Shown here in pieces: positions 37,492 to 50,002 of a stretch of DNA of 64,000 nucleotides (its first letter is position 1; every line of letters begins with the position of its first letter). The notes under the pieces were generated by a model that had not been told where the DNA came from, ran no database searches, and saw only the letters and a list, made by a program, of their open reading frames with translations. The DNA is from Podarcis pityusensis (lineage: Eukaryota): the NCBI GenBank assembly GCA_964106645.2, contig OZ067043.1; one strand, written 5' to 3'. The translations under genes and the position numbers were made by a program.

Positions 37492-40327
37492 GTAAGAAAT
37501 TATCTATCCCGTTTTCTTTCTTTGTATCTATCATTTTAATGGATTATTTGCATTAGAAAGTATTCACTTTATTTATCTTTTTTAAAAAACAGTCTATAAA
37601 ACCAAGAATATAAAATGCAAAATCTTATTATTTACAGGTACTGGTAATTTTCCATTTGGCTTTCTTTATGAGTGGTGGCTAATCCCATTCAATTCATATT
37701 GCACATAAATATATGTAATGGTATGAAGCTTTAAACCATAACAATGCTGGAATAAATGGGGACATTGCAAATTTCCACAAGTAAAGTATGAACCTCTGTA
37801 ACTCTACTTTTCTTGACTGTTCATAAAATCGTTCAGCCATAGTATTTTGTGGCCTATTATCATCATCATTATTATTATTTACTAAATTTGTATACTACTC
37901 ATCAGCTGAAGATCCAGGGCTGGTTTTTGTTTCATTTCACTGCATTAATTTCTCCAAGTTTTTTAGACAACATGAAGACTGCTATACAGTCTGGTTCAAC
38001 CAGACATCCAGGACTTTGCTATATTGATATGCTAATTTGACCCCTTCCCTAAATTATGGAGACATAAAAGGGGGTTAGCACCTCCACCACTAAATTCATG
38101 TGTAAGCTTTTACATCCACAGTAGTTTTCTTTCGCCTTCACTGGGCTTATGACATCTGTACCCATCCTTCCAAGGAATACATGCTGTGTACTTATGAGAA
38201 TTAGACCTATTTGGTTTACTCTGCTTTGTGGTGGAAGTTAGAGCAAAAGCACAATTGCAGCAACAACCTGTACTGGCGTGGAGAGCATAGCATGACAGGC
38301 ACTTTCATCTTGTTATCTGTAGACTCATCATGACAGAACTATTTCCTGCAATAATGTGCCCACTTTCCGCACTTTCTGCAGTTCAACTAGCTACTATATG
38401 TGTGTGTAAACAGGCATCCACTCAGCTACCCCTTCCTGATACAACAGTTGCAGCTGAGGGCATGTAGCCCTCTAAACAAAGCTGAAATCTGCTGATAGGC
38501 TGTTTGGCAGTAAGAACAGGATTCAGTCCCCTTGGCCAGGAGCTAATCAGTGAATCTTAGCTTTGTTTAAAAGGCTATATATGTGCACGGTCTCAGCTGC
38601 TTCATATGATGTTCTGTAGGATCGGATCAGAGCTGGCCCACCCATGAGGAGACTCCCCCATGGGCACCCCACCCACACTAGCAGAGAAGGAGCAGTGGCA
38701 GTTTCTGGCTAGATCTCATGTGCTTTGCAAGATCCTGCCAGAGCTTGCCACTGCTTCTCAGGTGCTGCCACACAACCCAGGTAAGGGAGGATTTTGTGGG
38801 GTGGCAGGAGGGTGGCATGGCATGACACGTTCCTATTTTGTCTCAGGCAGTGAGGTGGGGCTACTCTGCCCCTGGATCAGATCCATGGTCTGCTTTTGTA
38901 CAAATATAAAGTAGCCAGGAAAATTGTGTCCTCTTGGTGGGCTGAGACCAAAACTTTGAAAAAGAAATGTTGATGAAATCTGAGGCTAAATTAGTGGCAT
39001 ACTAGATATTTGCAGATTCCTTTCCCCAGCCTTAAATGTCACAGATAAGTAGAAGTGGCAAGCAGTTGCTTACTGGAAAGAATGAAAGGAAAATATGTAT
39101 TGACAAATTCTTGGCTAGTGTGTATTGGCATTGTTCCACTGAAGTTACTGAAACTGTGTGAGATCATGAGCACAGTAGTATCCAAGCTATAGCCAAAAAT
39201 AGCCCAACTCTCTCCAGAGAGCACTGCTGCTTCAGTTATATTTATTTATTTTAGAGGTTTACATACCACCAGTAAACAAAGTATCTAAGTGCTGAAGACA
39301 ACACACCCATAAAAGAGCATAAGTGCTATAAATTACTTGGCATTTCCTGGTTAGTTTGATTTGCATTGCAATATGATTCCAAACTGATCCTTGTGCATCT
39401 TCAGCTCTGTTGTTTTTATAATCTCATCTAAATCAATAGCCAAGAACATTTTTGAACATTTATGCACTCATGTTCAACAAGTGTCTCACCTATATTCCTT
39501 TATTTTGGCAGTCATAAATACATTATTACCAATTTTGGTATGGGGGAACTAAGAAGGATGGCTTGCCTAATCTCTCTTTGCATCCTGTGTACTTTTGTAT
39601 GCCACAGCATTTCCTGTATTTATAAGAATTAATGTGATCATTCTTCGGAAAACTCGTGACGTGTGTGCCTGTTTGTCTGTATTTCTCTACTAATTTCTTG
39701 CTGCAAATAAGCCAACACAGTCGAACTCTAATTTGCCAATTTATTTTTTAACAAGGATTTACTAGAGAGATATGAGAAGGGGACCTTGAGGGCAGATTAA
39801 AATTTGCTAGGTTTCTTAACAATCGATGTCTCACCCTTCCATACCTATGGCATATCTTCCTTTAGTTAGGTTTATGGGGTATCAAGGGGTCAAACTACAA
39901 ACTACGACAAGGTAGATCTGTGATTGGATAATCTTTTTTGTCAGCAGCTCTGAGTTGAGGGAGTATTTAACCCTTTCCCCCCTGGTCAGTTCCAGAATTT
40001 GGAGTGCTATGTGTAGGCTGCCATTCTAGGTTCCATCCTACCAGAGTATCTAAGCTGGGCAGCCCCTTTGGTATTGCTGCAATAGGCCTCAAGGAGCCTC
40101 AAAGTTAACCATTTGTTTCCAAAATTTCTGCAGACATCTATATAGCTTACTCATTAAAAGGACATCAGATAGGGTCGGGGTCTTCATGAGACAGGGGGAA
40201 TCTGGGGAAATTGTTTACTTAATTTGTGAAGCTAGAGGAAGATCTCATCATCCAAAGTCCTTTTTTTATTATTGATCTGTCACTCTCTGACTAGGTACCT
40301 TTCTCTCTTCCTTTTTGCTGATAACAG

Positions 40328-40339
40328 AGGCGCAGCCCG
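40328..40339 (+). CDS. SGIP1: SGIP1 12-nt microexon RRSP
   Basis: ctttttgctgataacag|AGGCGCAGCCCG|gtaaga; matches RRSP; TGCATG at 40349-40354. Confidence 0.93.
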
Positions 40340-40614
40340 GTAAGACGTTGCATGACTTTTCGCGTTAAATCAGTAGCAGGAATGACTGGGAGTGTTTGTC
40401 ATCTGGGTTTAATTTAAATTAGTTTTGTGAACTGCAAGTACAGCAAATTGATCTAACTTAAAAGTAATTGGGTGAAAATTACTGTTCTTTCAGGGGTGTG
40501 TGGCTATCTGTAGCAGCCTTTTTCTGTTATAGAAATACTGAATGGAACCATACTGGCACTGCTACAGATTCCACATAATACCTGTTCCACATTTGTAAAA
40601 AAATCCATTGTTTT

Positions 40615-40725
40615 GTGTGGCAGCACATCCTCTTTGGAACTCCCTGCCTATTGCAATCAAGCAAGTGCCTTCACTGTACTCTTTTCAGTGCCTGCTAAAA
40701 ACATTCCTGTTTAGACAAACCTACT
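40615..40725 (+). mobile_element. L2 3' end fragment
   Basis: GTGGCAGCAC...TTTGGAACTCCCTGCC...GCTAAAAACATTCCTGTTTAGACAA (VAAP.LWNSLP...LKTFLF-type ending). Confidence 0.7.
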
Positions 40726-41979
40726 CCTAGATACTTAGAAAGCTGAGGTAATTTTAATCTGTTTTAGTATTTAAACTTGTGTATATTTTAAAGTAGGGTT
40801 GTGAATTTTCTTGATTTTATTGTTTATCTTTTAAAAAAAAACCACAGTCAAGCAGTTTCTAAATTTTATTAAATAAATCAAATATTGCTTAGGAATTCTT
40901 TAATGTCTTTAAAGAGTAGTGCCACTCTTGAAACTGTCCTACACAGAAACTGTCCTCCTTGGAGAAACTGATAATTTTTGGATTACTTCATTTTGAATAA
41001 AGCAGTCTGCCAACTCTCATGATTGTTCAGAAAATTTTCAAACCAATTTCTGCATAGAACAAGGAAGCAACTATGCTAACTGAATTGAGCTATTGCCAAG
41101 ATGAACTTCCCTGGTTGATTTTCTTTTTCTTTTGTTTTTGAGGTTCTGACCAGAATTTTTTCACACTTGCTATTCCAGAATAAGAATACATCCATATACT
41201 TCCTGCAATGTATTCTCTTGATGTGATAAGGCACCTGTTTAACAAAACTGTGCAAAAAATAGCTTGGTCTTACAGCTTACTATTGGCTTCAAAAGAGAGA
41301 ATTTGATGGAATATTATTTGTTTAATTGGCACATGTTAACATCAGATATATCATAGGCCGATAATATGCCTAGCATATCCATTAGAATATGTTTCTGAGG
41401 ATTGACTACAGAATGGATATCTTGGCAAGAATCAGCTAGTGACATGTTTGGCTATGAACCAATTCTCTTTCACCAGACTTCTGCCTACAGTGCTAACAAT
41501 AATTTTGTTGTCCTTAATAACTCTCTTCCTTGAACTTTGGTGTTACTGTCTCTTCCTGTAGCATATAAGTATTCTTAGTGGAGATATTATTGCACAAAGA
41601 GTGATTTGAAAGGAGAAGTTTTTGCAAGAATTTGCCTAGAAAAAAATTTCTTTGAAAATACATGCATTTTGCAGGAACATTGTGTGAATGAAGGATGGAT
41701 GTTATGATGGTGGCAGAGATATGAGGATTAGTGGCTGACAGTAAATTTGCCATATCTTCCCTGTTGCTATGGCAAATACTGTTGACAGCTGTTCTGATAC
41801 CTTTTGCATATTCAGACATTGTTTCCCACCTGCCTCCTACTTTCAGAAGTTTTATCTCCTTCCCCCTGTCCCCACCAATTGTTTCTTTATATCTTCTGGA
41901 ATATTAAAGCCTGCTTGGAAACATGTTTGATTTCAGTCCAAAGCCGGTGATCAAGTGTGTGAGACTATGTATGAGTGCA

Positions 41980-42815
41980 TTGCGTGGACAGGCGGAGTCC
42001 CCAGGTCCCGAGCACCCCCCCCCCCGTCATGTGGAATAACGACTCAAGACAACGTGCTATGGGATTAAATTGGCCACAACTTTATTAAATTTCAAATGTG
42101 GGTAGACCTTGGCTCAGGCATTGGGCGTTCTCCCTCCCCAGTCACCAGCCAGGGACCTAGGGAGCATCAGGGTTATCCAGTGTTTGTGTGGGGGATGGGC
42201 CGGCTCTGGAGAACATATGTTCAAGCAGAGATAGCCGCCGCCGCAGGGGAGAGCAATGACGACCTTTCGGCGTACGGTCAAAGCCTCCCTTCAGAAACCC
42301 CTTTAACGGCGAACCCTGGTATCGCCGCTGCAAGAGGAAGATGGACAAAAGGATTCCGCCCAAGGCCTGATACTGCCAAAGTTGTGACGTTTTGCTACGG
42401 GAAAGGCGAAACCTGCCAATGCAGGGAAATTCCTTTCCGGCCCTTTGACAGTGACCTTAACGTAGCAGCGCCCGCATACCTGTAAGAAAAGTTAACCTGC
42501 AAAACCTGTGAAGAAAAGTTAACCTGCAAAATAAGGCATTAACTGAGGGTGGGTAGGGTGGGAGAAGCTCTGGAGCCAAGTGAGGATTCCCAGGTAAGAT
42601 CCTCCCTCTATTGTGTGGGCAGGTAATCCCTCCCCCACCTGGCCTGATCTCCTTGGCAACGCTTCCCCCAGGTGGGATTGGACAACTGACTGGGGTAGGC
42701 GGAGACCTCCAGGTATCCCACCTGAGGGAAGGCAAAGCCAAGCCTATGCTGAATGGAGCCGCTCCAGATCCAGGGGCTGTGCGCGTCCACGCAAAGGTCG
42801 CCCCCCCGTTTTATG
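41980..42815 (-). mobile_element. Young CpG-rich retroelement terminal repeat, probably DIRS/Ngaro-like
   Basis: Minus-strand AATAAAGTTGTGGCC (plus GGCCACAACTTTATT at 42073-42087); CpG-rich; 10-bp inverted TTGCGTGGAC/GTCCACGCAA near the ends; internal duplication near 42478-42531. Confidence 0.6.
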
Positions 42816-43186
42816 TGGGGAGTGGTCATTCAGAAGTTCTAGAACAGGAAATAAATGACTTGTCAAGCTCTCTGGATTTGTTTGGCACATCATTGCAATT
42901 CCAAAATGTATGATCACTTTTTGTTTGTTTGTCTTGATTCAAAAACCTGAAATTCTCAGGCAGTGCATTTGCCTATATATGGTATATGTGTGTGAATGAA
43001 TCTGCACTGGGGTACAAACGTCCAAAATGAAGAATGTGAATCCAAGTTAATGTATATTTTATTTTAGCAGTGTTAATGCCTAATTCTGTTTTCTTTCTTT
43101 TCAACTAAGGCAAGCTGCCATTTATTGTACATGTCTAAAAGTATAATCCTATAGTCCTAAACTGTAGTTTTTGCTTTTAATTGTAG

Positions 43187-43211
43187 GGTTCAATTAAAAG
43201 GAATTTATCTA
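43187..43211 (+). CDS. SGIP1: SGIP1 exon 10 (25 nt): GSIKRNLS(S)
   Basis: ttttaattgtag|GGTTCAATTAAAAGGAATTTATCTA|gtaagt; matches GAIKRNLSS. Confidence 0.94.
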
Positions 43212-44058
43212 GTAAGTATATCTATTTACTGAATTTTGTTGGGACACAATATATCTCAGGAAGTTGGATATATTTAGAATCATCAAGATTACATAATTTT
43301 ATTTTTATTTTTTTTTACATAATTTTACATCTTAATTTTCAAACTCTAGAATCATCAGAACAACTAATTTTTAAGAGACTAAAGTCTATATATTGTTGAT
43401 GGGATAGTCCTCAAAATGCTATGAGGACATTATTCCATGCACTAGTATTAAATTATGCATGAATCTATAATGTAAAATTAACAGACTCTGACAGTCTCAA
43501 AATGAGATGACGCATTTTAAATGAAAAGGCATATGGAGTATTTGCAATTGGCTGAATGCACAAACCAGTTCAACAGGGCCTAAAATTACAAGATGTTCGT
43601 AATCTGGAACGATGAAGGGTATGGCTGAAATGGGATTTTCTAAAGCTTTTCCATAAAATTGGGCCACATGAAAATAGGTTAATGGCAAGTCATGGAGTCA
43701 GTTTATTATCTCACAACAAATGCATTATATGTTTTTAAGGTAGCAAATGAATAATATTTTTAGCAAGTTATGTTCTGTTAAGAGACACCCACCATGGGTA
43801 ATGTGAGAGGAGCAATTTGAAGCTGGAAGGGCATGCAGGGTTACGTTGACATGAATTATGAAAACTGGTTCAAATTATTCTGGAAAGGGACAACATAGTT
43901 AAGCTTGGACCTAGGACTATATAAGTACTAAAACTAGTAAGAAATGGACTTGCGGAAGGAACGCTGTGGTGGCGCTGACATTATCAAATAGTTATGTGAA
44001 CAAGTTTTCTAGAAGACACTATGAGAAAATTACCTTAAAATGGTGTCTTATGTGCCAG

Positions 44059-44110
44059 GTGAAGAAATAGCAAGGCCCAGGCGTTCAACACCTACTCCAG
44101 AGCTTCTAAG
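44059..44110 (+). CDS. SGIP1: SGIP1 exon 11 (52 nt): (S)EEIARPRRSTPTPELL(S)
   Basis: tgtgccag|GTGAAGAA...CTAAG|gtgagt; matches EEVARPRRSTPTPELIS. Confidence 0.96.
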
Positions 44111-44521
44111 GTGAGTATAAATGTTAAATTATATTTTTAAAAAACCTCATTCAAGTCATGGATGGTGTGGAATCCTTGTACCCAAATGATGTACGTGCTC
44201 TTGTTCTGGCTTACCAAGTCCTATCTGTCAAGCCTGTGCACACCTCATTATAGGAAAAGGCAGACCCTTATCCTTCTGTATGGAATGTAGCCTACTGAAC
44301 AAAGATAAGTCACATAATTGCTCCACCCACTTTTTGCCTCTGGCCCTGCCCACCGCTGCAATGCGGCCCTCAATTGCTTTCCTTTGAGGAAACGCTGCCT
44401 TGAACTGAAAATGGTTCCCCACCCCTACTGTAAAAAATAAAAAATCAACTCTGCCTGTCACCTCTGCTGAATAAAAGATCCTTGCGCGTAATTATCATTC
44501 AGCATCTGTGTTGTGCTGCAG

Positions 44522-44607
44522 CAAAAAAGCCCCGGAAGATCCTGCAGTACTAGCGCCACTATTTGGTCCACCTCTGGAGTCTGCATTTGAAGAAGAGAAG
44601 TTAGAAG
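44522..44607 (+). CDS. SGIP1: SGIP1 exon 12 (86 nt): (S)KKAPEDPAVLAPLFGPPLESAFEEEKLE
   Basis: gtgctgcag|CAAAAAAGCC...TTAGAAG|gtaggt; LAPLFGPPLESAF motif. Confidence 0.96.
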
Positions 44608-45340
44608 GTAGGTGTTGCCAGTTAACTTTATCAGTGTACCTTTCTATATCTGACATGACGTTTTGTTTAATTTGTTTTACATCTTTATTTCAAATGCCCG
44701 AGTTCTCTGAAGAGGTGTGGGCTACAAACTCAGTGAATCACCTAAATATAAACTGTTTGTGAATGCAAATGAGTCTGTGAGTATGTATCTGTGCACTTGG
44801 TGAAATGTGCCACAAGTTAAAAAGGAAGAAAGAAGTGTTTAGCAATTTCTAGGCAACCACATGATGTTAATTCCCAGACAAGAAGGAACTAATATTTGTC
44901 CAGTGTTTGCTTTTCTGCCCTGTGGGGTAGTTGGTGCTAAGGGTATCTTGTCCCAAGCCTAAGTGTAGGGTTCAGCTAACACCCCTTACAGTCCACTTTC
45001 CACCAGTGCTTCCTAGCCTTTCCCAGTCCTGGCCTTGGTCAAGAGCAAGCTGGGTTGCTGATTCCTATTATATGTGACCCAGAAAAAACATGGGATCAGG
45101 CCATCCGAGGTGAGAATGTGGCCGAATACTTCCTTTCCTCACTCATTAATCTAAATGGACAGACCTGCATGAAAATCTCTTGTGTTGATTCTAACTCAGC
45201 ACTGAATTAGGGGAATGCTTGTGGTAATTTAGGTGTCACTGTAAAGCTTTTGTGTTTTGCATATGACAGCTCCAACCATGTTACTTTTATTGGCAGAAAT
45301 CCTGATACCAGAAAAGCAGTTAACTTCCTCATTGGCTAGA

Positions 45341-45491
45341 NNNNNNNNNNNNNNNNNNNNNNNNNNNNNNNNNNNNNNNNNNNNNNNNNNNNNNNNNNNN
45401 NNNNNNNNNNNNNNNNNNNNNNNNNNNNNNNNNNNNNNNNNNNNNNNNNNNNNNNNNNNNNNNNNNNNNNNNNNNNNNNNNNNNNNNNNNN
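45341..45491. other. Assembly gap (151 N)
   Basis: N run; intronic, and the flanking exons join in frame. Confidence 0.99.
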
Positions 45492-45770
45492 ACTTTCAGA
45501 ATGGTATTCACAGATTTGGTGGTATATGCATTTCCCAGCACTGAAATTCATTTGTGGGTTTTGAAAAATGGTTATTAACAATTTATTTCCAAAAAATTCA
45601 TATTCTCCATACATTCTCTTCTCATTTTCCTCCTGCCATAATCTATCAAGTAGCTCCTACAGTTCAGTGTTCGATTCAACTGATGCTGCTAAAGAGAAGC
45701 TCTGTTTGGAATTAAGTTCTCATGTTACTTCTAGATTTGTATGCATCATGTTATATATCTGTGACTTCAG

Positions 45771-45863
45771 CTCCCATAGATCACTCTGAGGTCTGGGGTT
45801 CTGTGCAGCCAGCAAGTCCAAGTGTAGAATCACCGAATTCATCACGACCTTTTCCATCTGGAA
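45771..45863 (+). CDS. SGIP1: SGIP1 exon 13 (93 nt): (A)PIDHSEVWGSVQPASPSVESPNSSRPFPSG(T)
   Basis: gtgacttcag|CTCCC...GGAA|gtaagt; similar to VLLDQPEIWGSGQP...RPFPTGT. Confidence 0.93.
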
Positions 45864-46894
45864 GTAAGTTGAGGCATCTCCTATTTGAAAAATTGTTGGG
45901 GTTTTTCATTTTGTTTTTCACTACAAAACACTGAAACGTGAGATGGAAGTGGCAATGTTGAGGGTTATTGCTCATTATACTGTCATGGAAGCAAAGAGAT
46001 ATTAGTTGAATTATGCATTGGAAACGCAGCTTTCAGAAAAGGCAAAGAGACGATTCGGAGTCCCTGGGGAGAAAAGCCTCTGTGATCTCAATTTGCAAAG
46101 CTAAACCTGACTCCTTCCTATCCAAAAGACAAGTCACCTAGCAACCAGTGCAGCATGCCATAAATACACAAGCTCCTAATAAGAACCAAAAATTGGATTC
46201 GTGGATGTGGAAAAGCAGAATAAAACTTCACAACATTTATATTAAAACATATAGTTCACACTGGAGAATGGAAACAAAAAAGTTGTCATCTCATAAAATA
46301 TCAACCACAACAAAAGGCAGGTGATTCCTGGTGCTTAGACTCTGCGGCATGTGCTGCCATATCGTAATGGTGATGGGGGGAGAAGAGGGATTTATTTTTT
46401 TTACCTATCTTCTCCTTAGGGATGACAAACCCTTTTTGCCCTCAAGAGCCACCTGCACCAATAGGTAGAAGCTGGGGATGGGGAACTACACATGCACCCT
46501 TACACACAGTCGTGTGAAGTTTACTTGACTTTACCTCCCCAACACAGTTGTGCTTCCCAACCCTGTGACTGTAGCAGATACAGAGAAACGCAAACAGAAT
46601 TCCACTCACACAACAGGTCTTTGTCCTTCCATTGCAGTCAGACCAGAGGGCTGCTTCTGAGGGTTCAGGGACCCTCCTGGACAGCATGGAATGAAATGTG
46701 GTGGCTGCAGCTAGAGGAGGGAATTGGCAAAAATTAGGGGACTTGCCCAAGCAGAAGTGGCTTCCACTTGTGGAACAGACTTTGGATCTCAGCCATCATT
46801 TGGTTGAATCTCTAGATACGACTGTGAGTTTATATTTATTTATTTGACGAATGTTGTCCATTCTTAACTTAAAATTCTTCCATTTGGCTCACAG

Positions 46895-46969
46895 CACCTC
46901 CACCTCTTCCACCTAAGAATATTCCAGCTACACCTCCCCGCACTGGTTCTCCTTTAACAGTTGGAGTAG
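46895..46969 (+). CDS. SGIP1: SGIP1 exon 14 (75 nt): (T)[24 protein letters not shown](G)
   Basis: ggctcacag|CACCTCCA...GGAGTAG|gtaagt; proline-rich region match. Confidence 0.96.
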
Positions 46970-48689
46970 GTAAGTATGTTTAGCATAAATGACTTTTAGA
47001 TGTGTAAGATCTCTGCTTTACTGCAAAGTAACTGTGTTTCTATTCAGTGCAAATTATAATTTGTAATGTGAACAGAATATGAAACCTTGTAATCATTTCT
47101 TAAAAACGACCATCTAATTAGATGCATTTTATGCATATATGATATCTAAGCATTTAATATTTTCATCTGCCTTCAGATACCATGGCAGATTTTCTTTATT
47201 CAGCAAAAAAATAACTACAAGCCTAAGTAGTGCATAATCTTTTTTTCTAAACCCCTTGAGATTTTTAAATGATTTCTGATGTCTGTGTTGTATTCAGATT
47301 TTGAACACGTTTCCCACTAAAGTATAGCTATGGTAGTAATATTTTGTATGAACAATTTGGCAATAACCCTGTCAGCAAACTAATAGTTTGTGTTATACCT
47401 GGTTTGGGTAAGAAGAAAAGTCGGAGGAACTTTAGTGAGCCCGTCATGAATCTCAGCACATTTAGGCCTAGATGTAATTCAGAATAATAAAGGTTATATC
47501 TTGGCAGTATGGTCTTCATACAGAACTATGAGTTAATGTAGTTAAAATGATATAGGAATGTTTTGAAGCCATGTTTCTTCATGACTTGGGTCCTAAGTTG
47601 TTTCTCTGTTCGTGCAAGGTGAGATAAATCCACTCCTACCTTTGCACAAACAGAGAAACAACTTAGGATCTAAGTCATGCAAGGGCAGGAATGGTTTATC
47701 TCACCTCCCCCCTCCGTCAGCAGCCCACATGGTTCTCATACCTCTTCCATTCTCCAGGATTATATTTTTGGGACACAGGAGACTCAGAGGGAAGTGAGAG
47801 GTGGAAAACCCTGTTCTCTGAATGTGAACTCTTGAAAGGATCCTCAGGATCCAAGTGATTGTGGTACTCAGAGACAAGAAATAAGGAGCTTACCAGCATA
47901 TAATTCATGTTGCAAGTGAACATCATTAGCTGTATGAACCGACTTGTAAATTTGAGCATGAATTGCTTTGCTTAAATGAGAAAACACAAAGATGGCTTCT
48001 AAAAAGATTAGCATACTATGCAACATAAATGTTACCTTGTACAACAATACTTGCAGACTTGATGTTTTAAGGGTATTTCTCTTCAACTGTCTATAACTTT
48101 TGAATTACAAATTGTGTCCTCTATTCATTCCTGTTTTATTCATACAAACACTGCAATTCCCAACTTCCAACTCTGTATCTATGCTGGGTGAATATAACGC
48201 AAATGAAATGCACATCCATGTGTGATCATTTATTCCCCAGGTGGTACTGTGCATTTTATGTGAATCACGAACAGAGCCAAAAAAAAAAATAGGATTTTTT
48301 TCCCTACCAACAAACCTTACATTAATTGGTAAAATAAAATTTTCTACATGACAATATGACATGAAATGTAATTTTCCCATACCTTTTAGATTGAATTTAC
48401 AGATAAAGGTTCAACATACAGTTTTGCAGAGTCAAAGCAGCATGCAGCATTTGTGGACCAAAGAGATAATTGGACAGTCATATGCATAGACAGGACAACC
48501 TGCTCATTCGGTGGTTCTAGGACAATGGAAAGATTGGATATTCTATGGAAAAAATGCATCTCTGTTCACACAAGCATTCTCATTATGTGTGCATAGTATG
48601 GGGTTAGAATGGCAAAACTGTAACATTGGATGCAATCCAGGGGAAAAAAGCATTCTGAAATGCCTGCTGACTTCAGCGGGACATCAGTT

Positions 48690-48778
48690 CTTTTTTTAAT
48701 AGGATCCAGTGAGCACCTAATCACAAGACAGGACTTTTTTTTAATAGGATCCAGTGAGCACCTAATCACAAGACAGGA
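48690..48778. repeat. 44/45-bp tandem duplication
   Basis: C(T7/T8)AATAGGATCCAGTGAGCACCTAATCACAAGACAGGA x2. Confidence 0.95.
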
Positions 48779-49546
48779 TGCGTACTTTAAGCATAGAAGA
48801 GAAGTGGAAGTTTTGAGATCATACCTAGTGCTTTTAGAACAAGAGTGGTAATTTTCAGATGCTCCAAAATGCAACAGAGCTTATAATACACTCTTTATAT
48901 ATCCTTCATATAGCTTTTTTTTTTTTGTCTACAAATTGCCTTCCAGCCATGGAGGAGAGGGGAAAATGCCAAATCGGTTTCCTTTCCATTAAGAAGACGC
49001 TCCATTTGCCCAGAATTTACAGATAATAATGATTGTTCAACTCAAGAATAGAGCCCTTTGATCATCTATATTCTCATTGGTCATGCTAAAATAATCCCAC
49101 AGTGTATACTGCACAGCACAAAAATACTTATCTACATGCACGTCATCATGCTTGAATTTCAAATTATGTACTTTACCATTTTGTTACTAATAAAGGCACT
49201 CTGTTGTCTTTTCCCTAGCAAGCAGTTTTCCTAGATAGCAATAGCTCCATTTGGGTATATTAGTATGAACGAGATACATAGTAGACAGCATATTTACATG
49301 CAGGTCAACATGGAACACACTTTAATATTTGTGTGTGTGTGTTTGTGTATTTATATATCACACCCTATTATGTAGATATTTGTGCACATGAATTATGTTC
49401 CTAGTAGCACCTTAAAATGCGTTATGAAAATGTCTGTGCTAGAATGTAGCTGATTTTAAAAGCCCCATACTTACGTAGAACATTAGTACGACTTAGCTGC
49501 TGTACAAGTTGATGTTAAAGTTTAAAATCAACTACTTTGACCACAG

Positions 49547-50002
49547 GAAATGACCAGACAGCAACAGAGGTCAAAAGTGACAAACTACCATCAATCAATG
49601 ACTTGGATACCATTTTTGGCCCAGTATTATCCCCCAAGTCTGTTGCTGCTGACGCGGAGGATAAGTGGATCAGTTTTTCTGATCAGTCCCCGGAAAACGT
49701 AACTCCAGAGGTGACTTCACGGGAGAAGGTGGTGTCCCCACCTGTGGCATCAGAAACCCCAGATGAGCCTCCAGAGGCTGAAACCTCTCGCAGTGTTCCA
49801 TCTCCACTCAATTTAGAAGAGGTTCAGAAGAAAGTTTCTGAGCAGACCCACGTTAAAGATGATAACTTAGCACCAGCAGCATCTCCTAAAGATTTTGGGG
49901 TGGGACAGAGAGCAACACCACCTCCCCCTCCACCGCCTACCTACAGAACAGTGGTGTCATCACCCGGACCCAGCTCTGGCGGTGGCACAGGAAGCACCAG
50001 TG
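49547..50002 (+). CDS. SGIP1: SGIP1 large proline-rich exon 15 (456 nt): (G)[30 protein letters not shown]...[28 protein letters not shown](G)
   Basis: ORF 49537..50022; gaccacag|GAAATGAC...ACCAGTG|gtatgt; symmetric phase 1. Confidence 0.97.

Noticed and set aside
43085-43115. Pyrimidine tract plus AAG 77 nt upstream of exon 10
   Set aside because: The AAG acceptor is weak and would introduce a TAG stop; there is no independent support.
45341-45491. First N gap as a missing exon
   Set aside because: Exons 44522-44607 and 45771-45863 join in frame and are collinear with the recalled protein.
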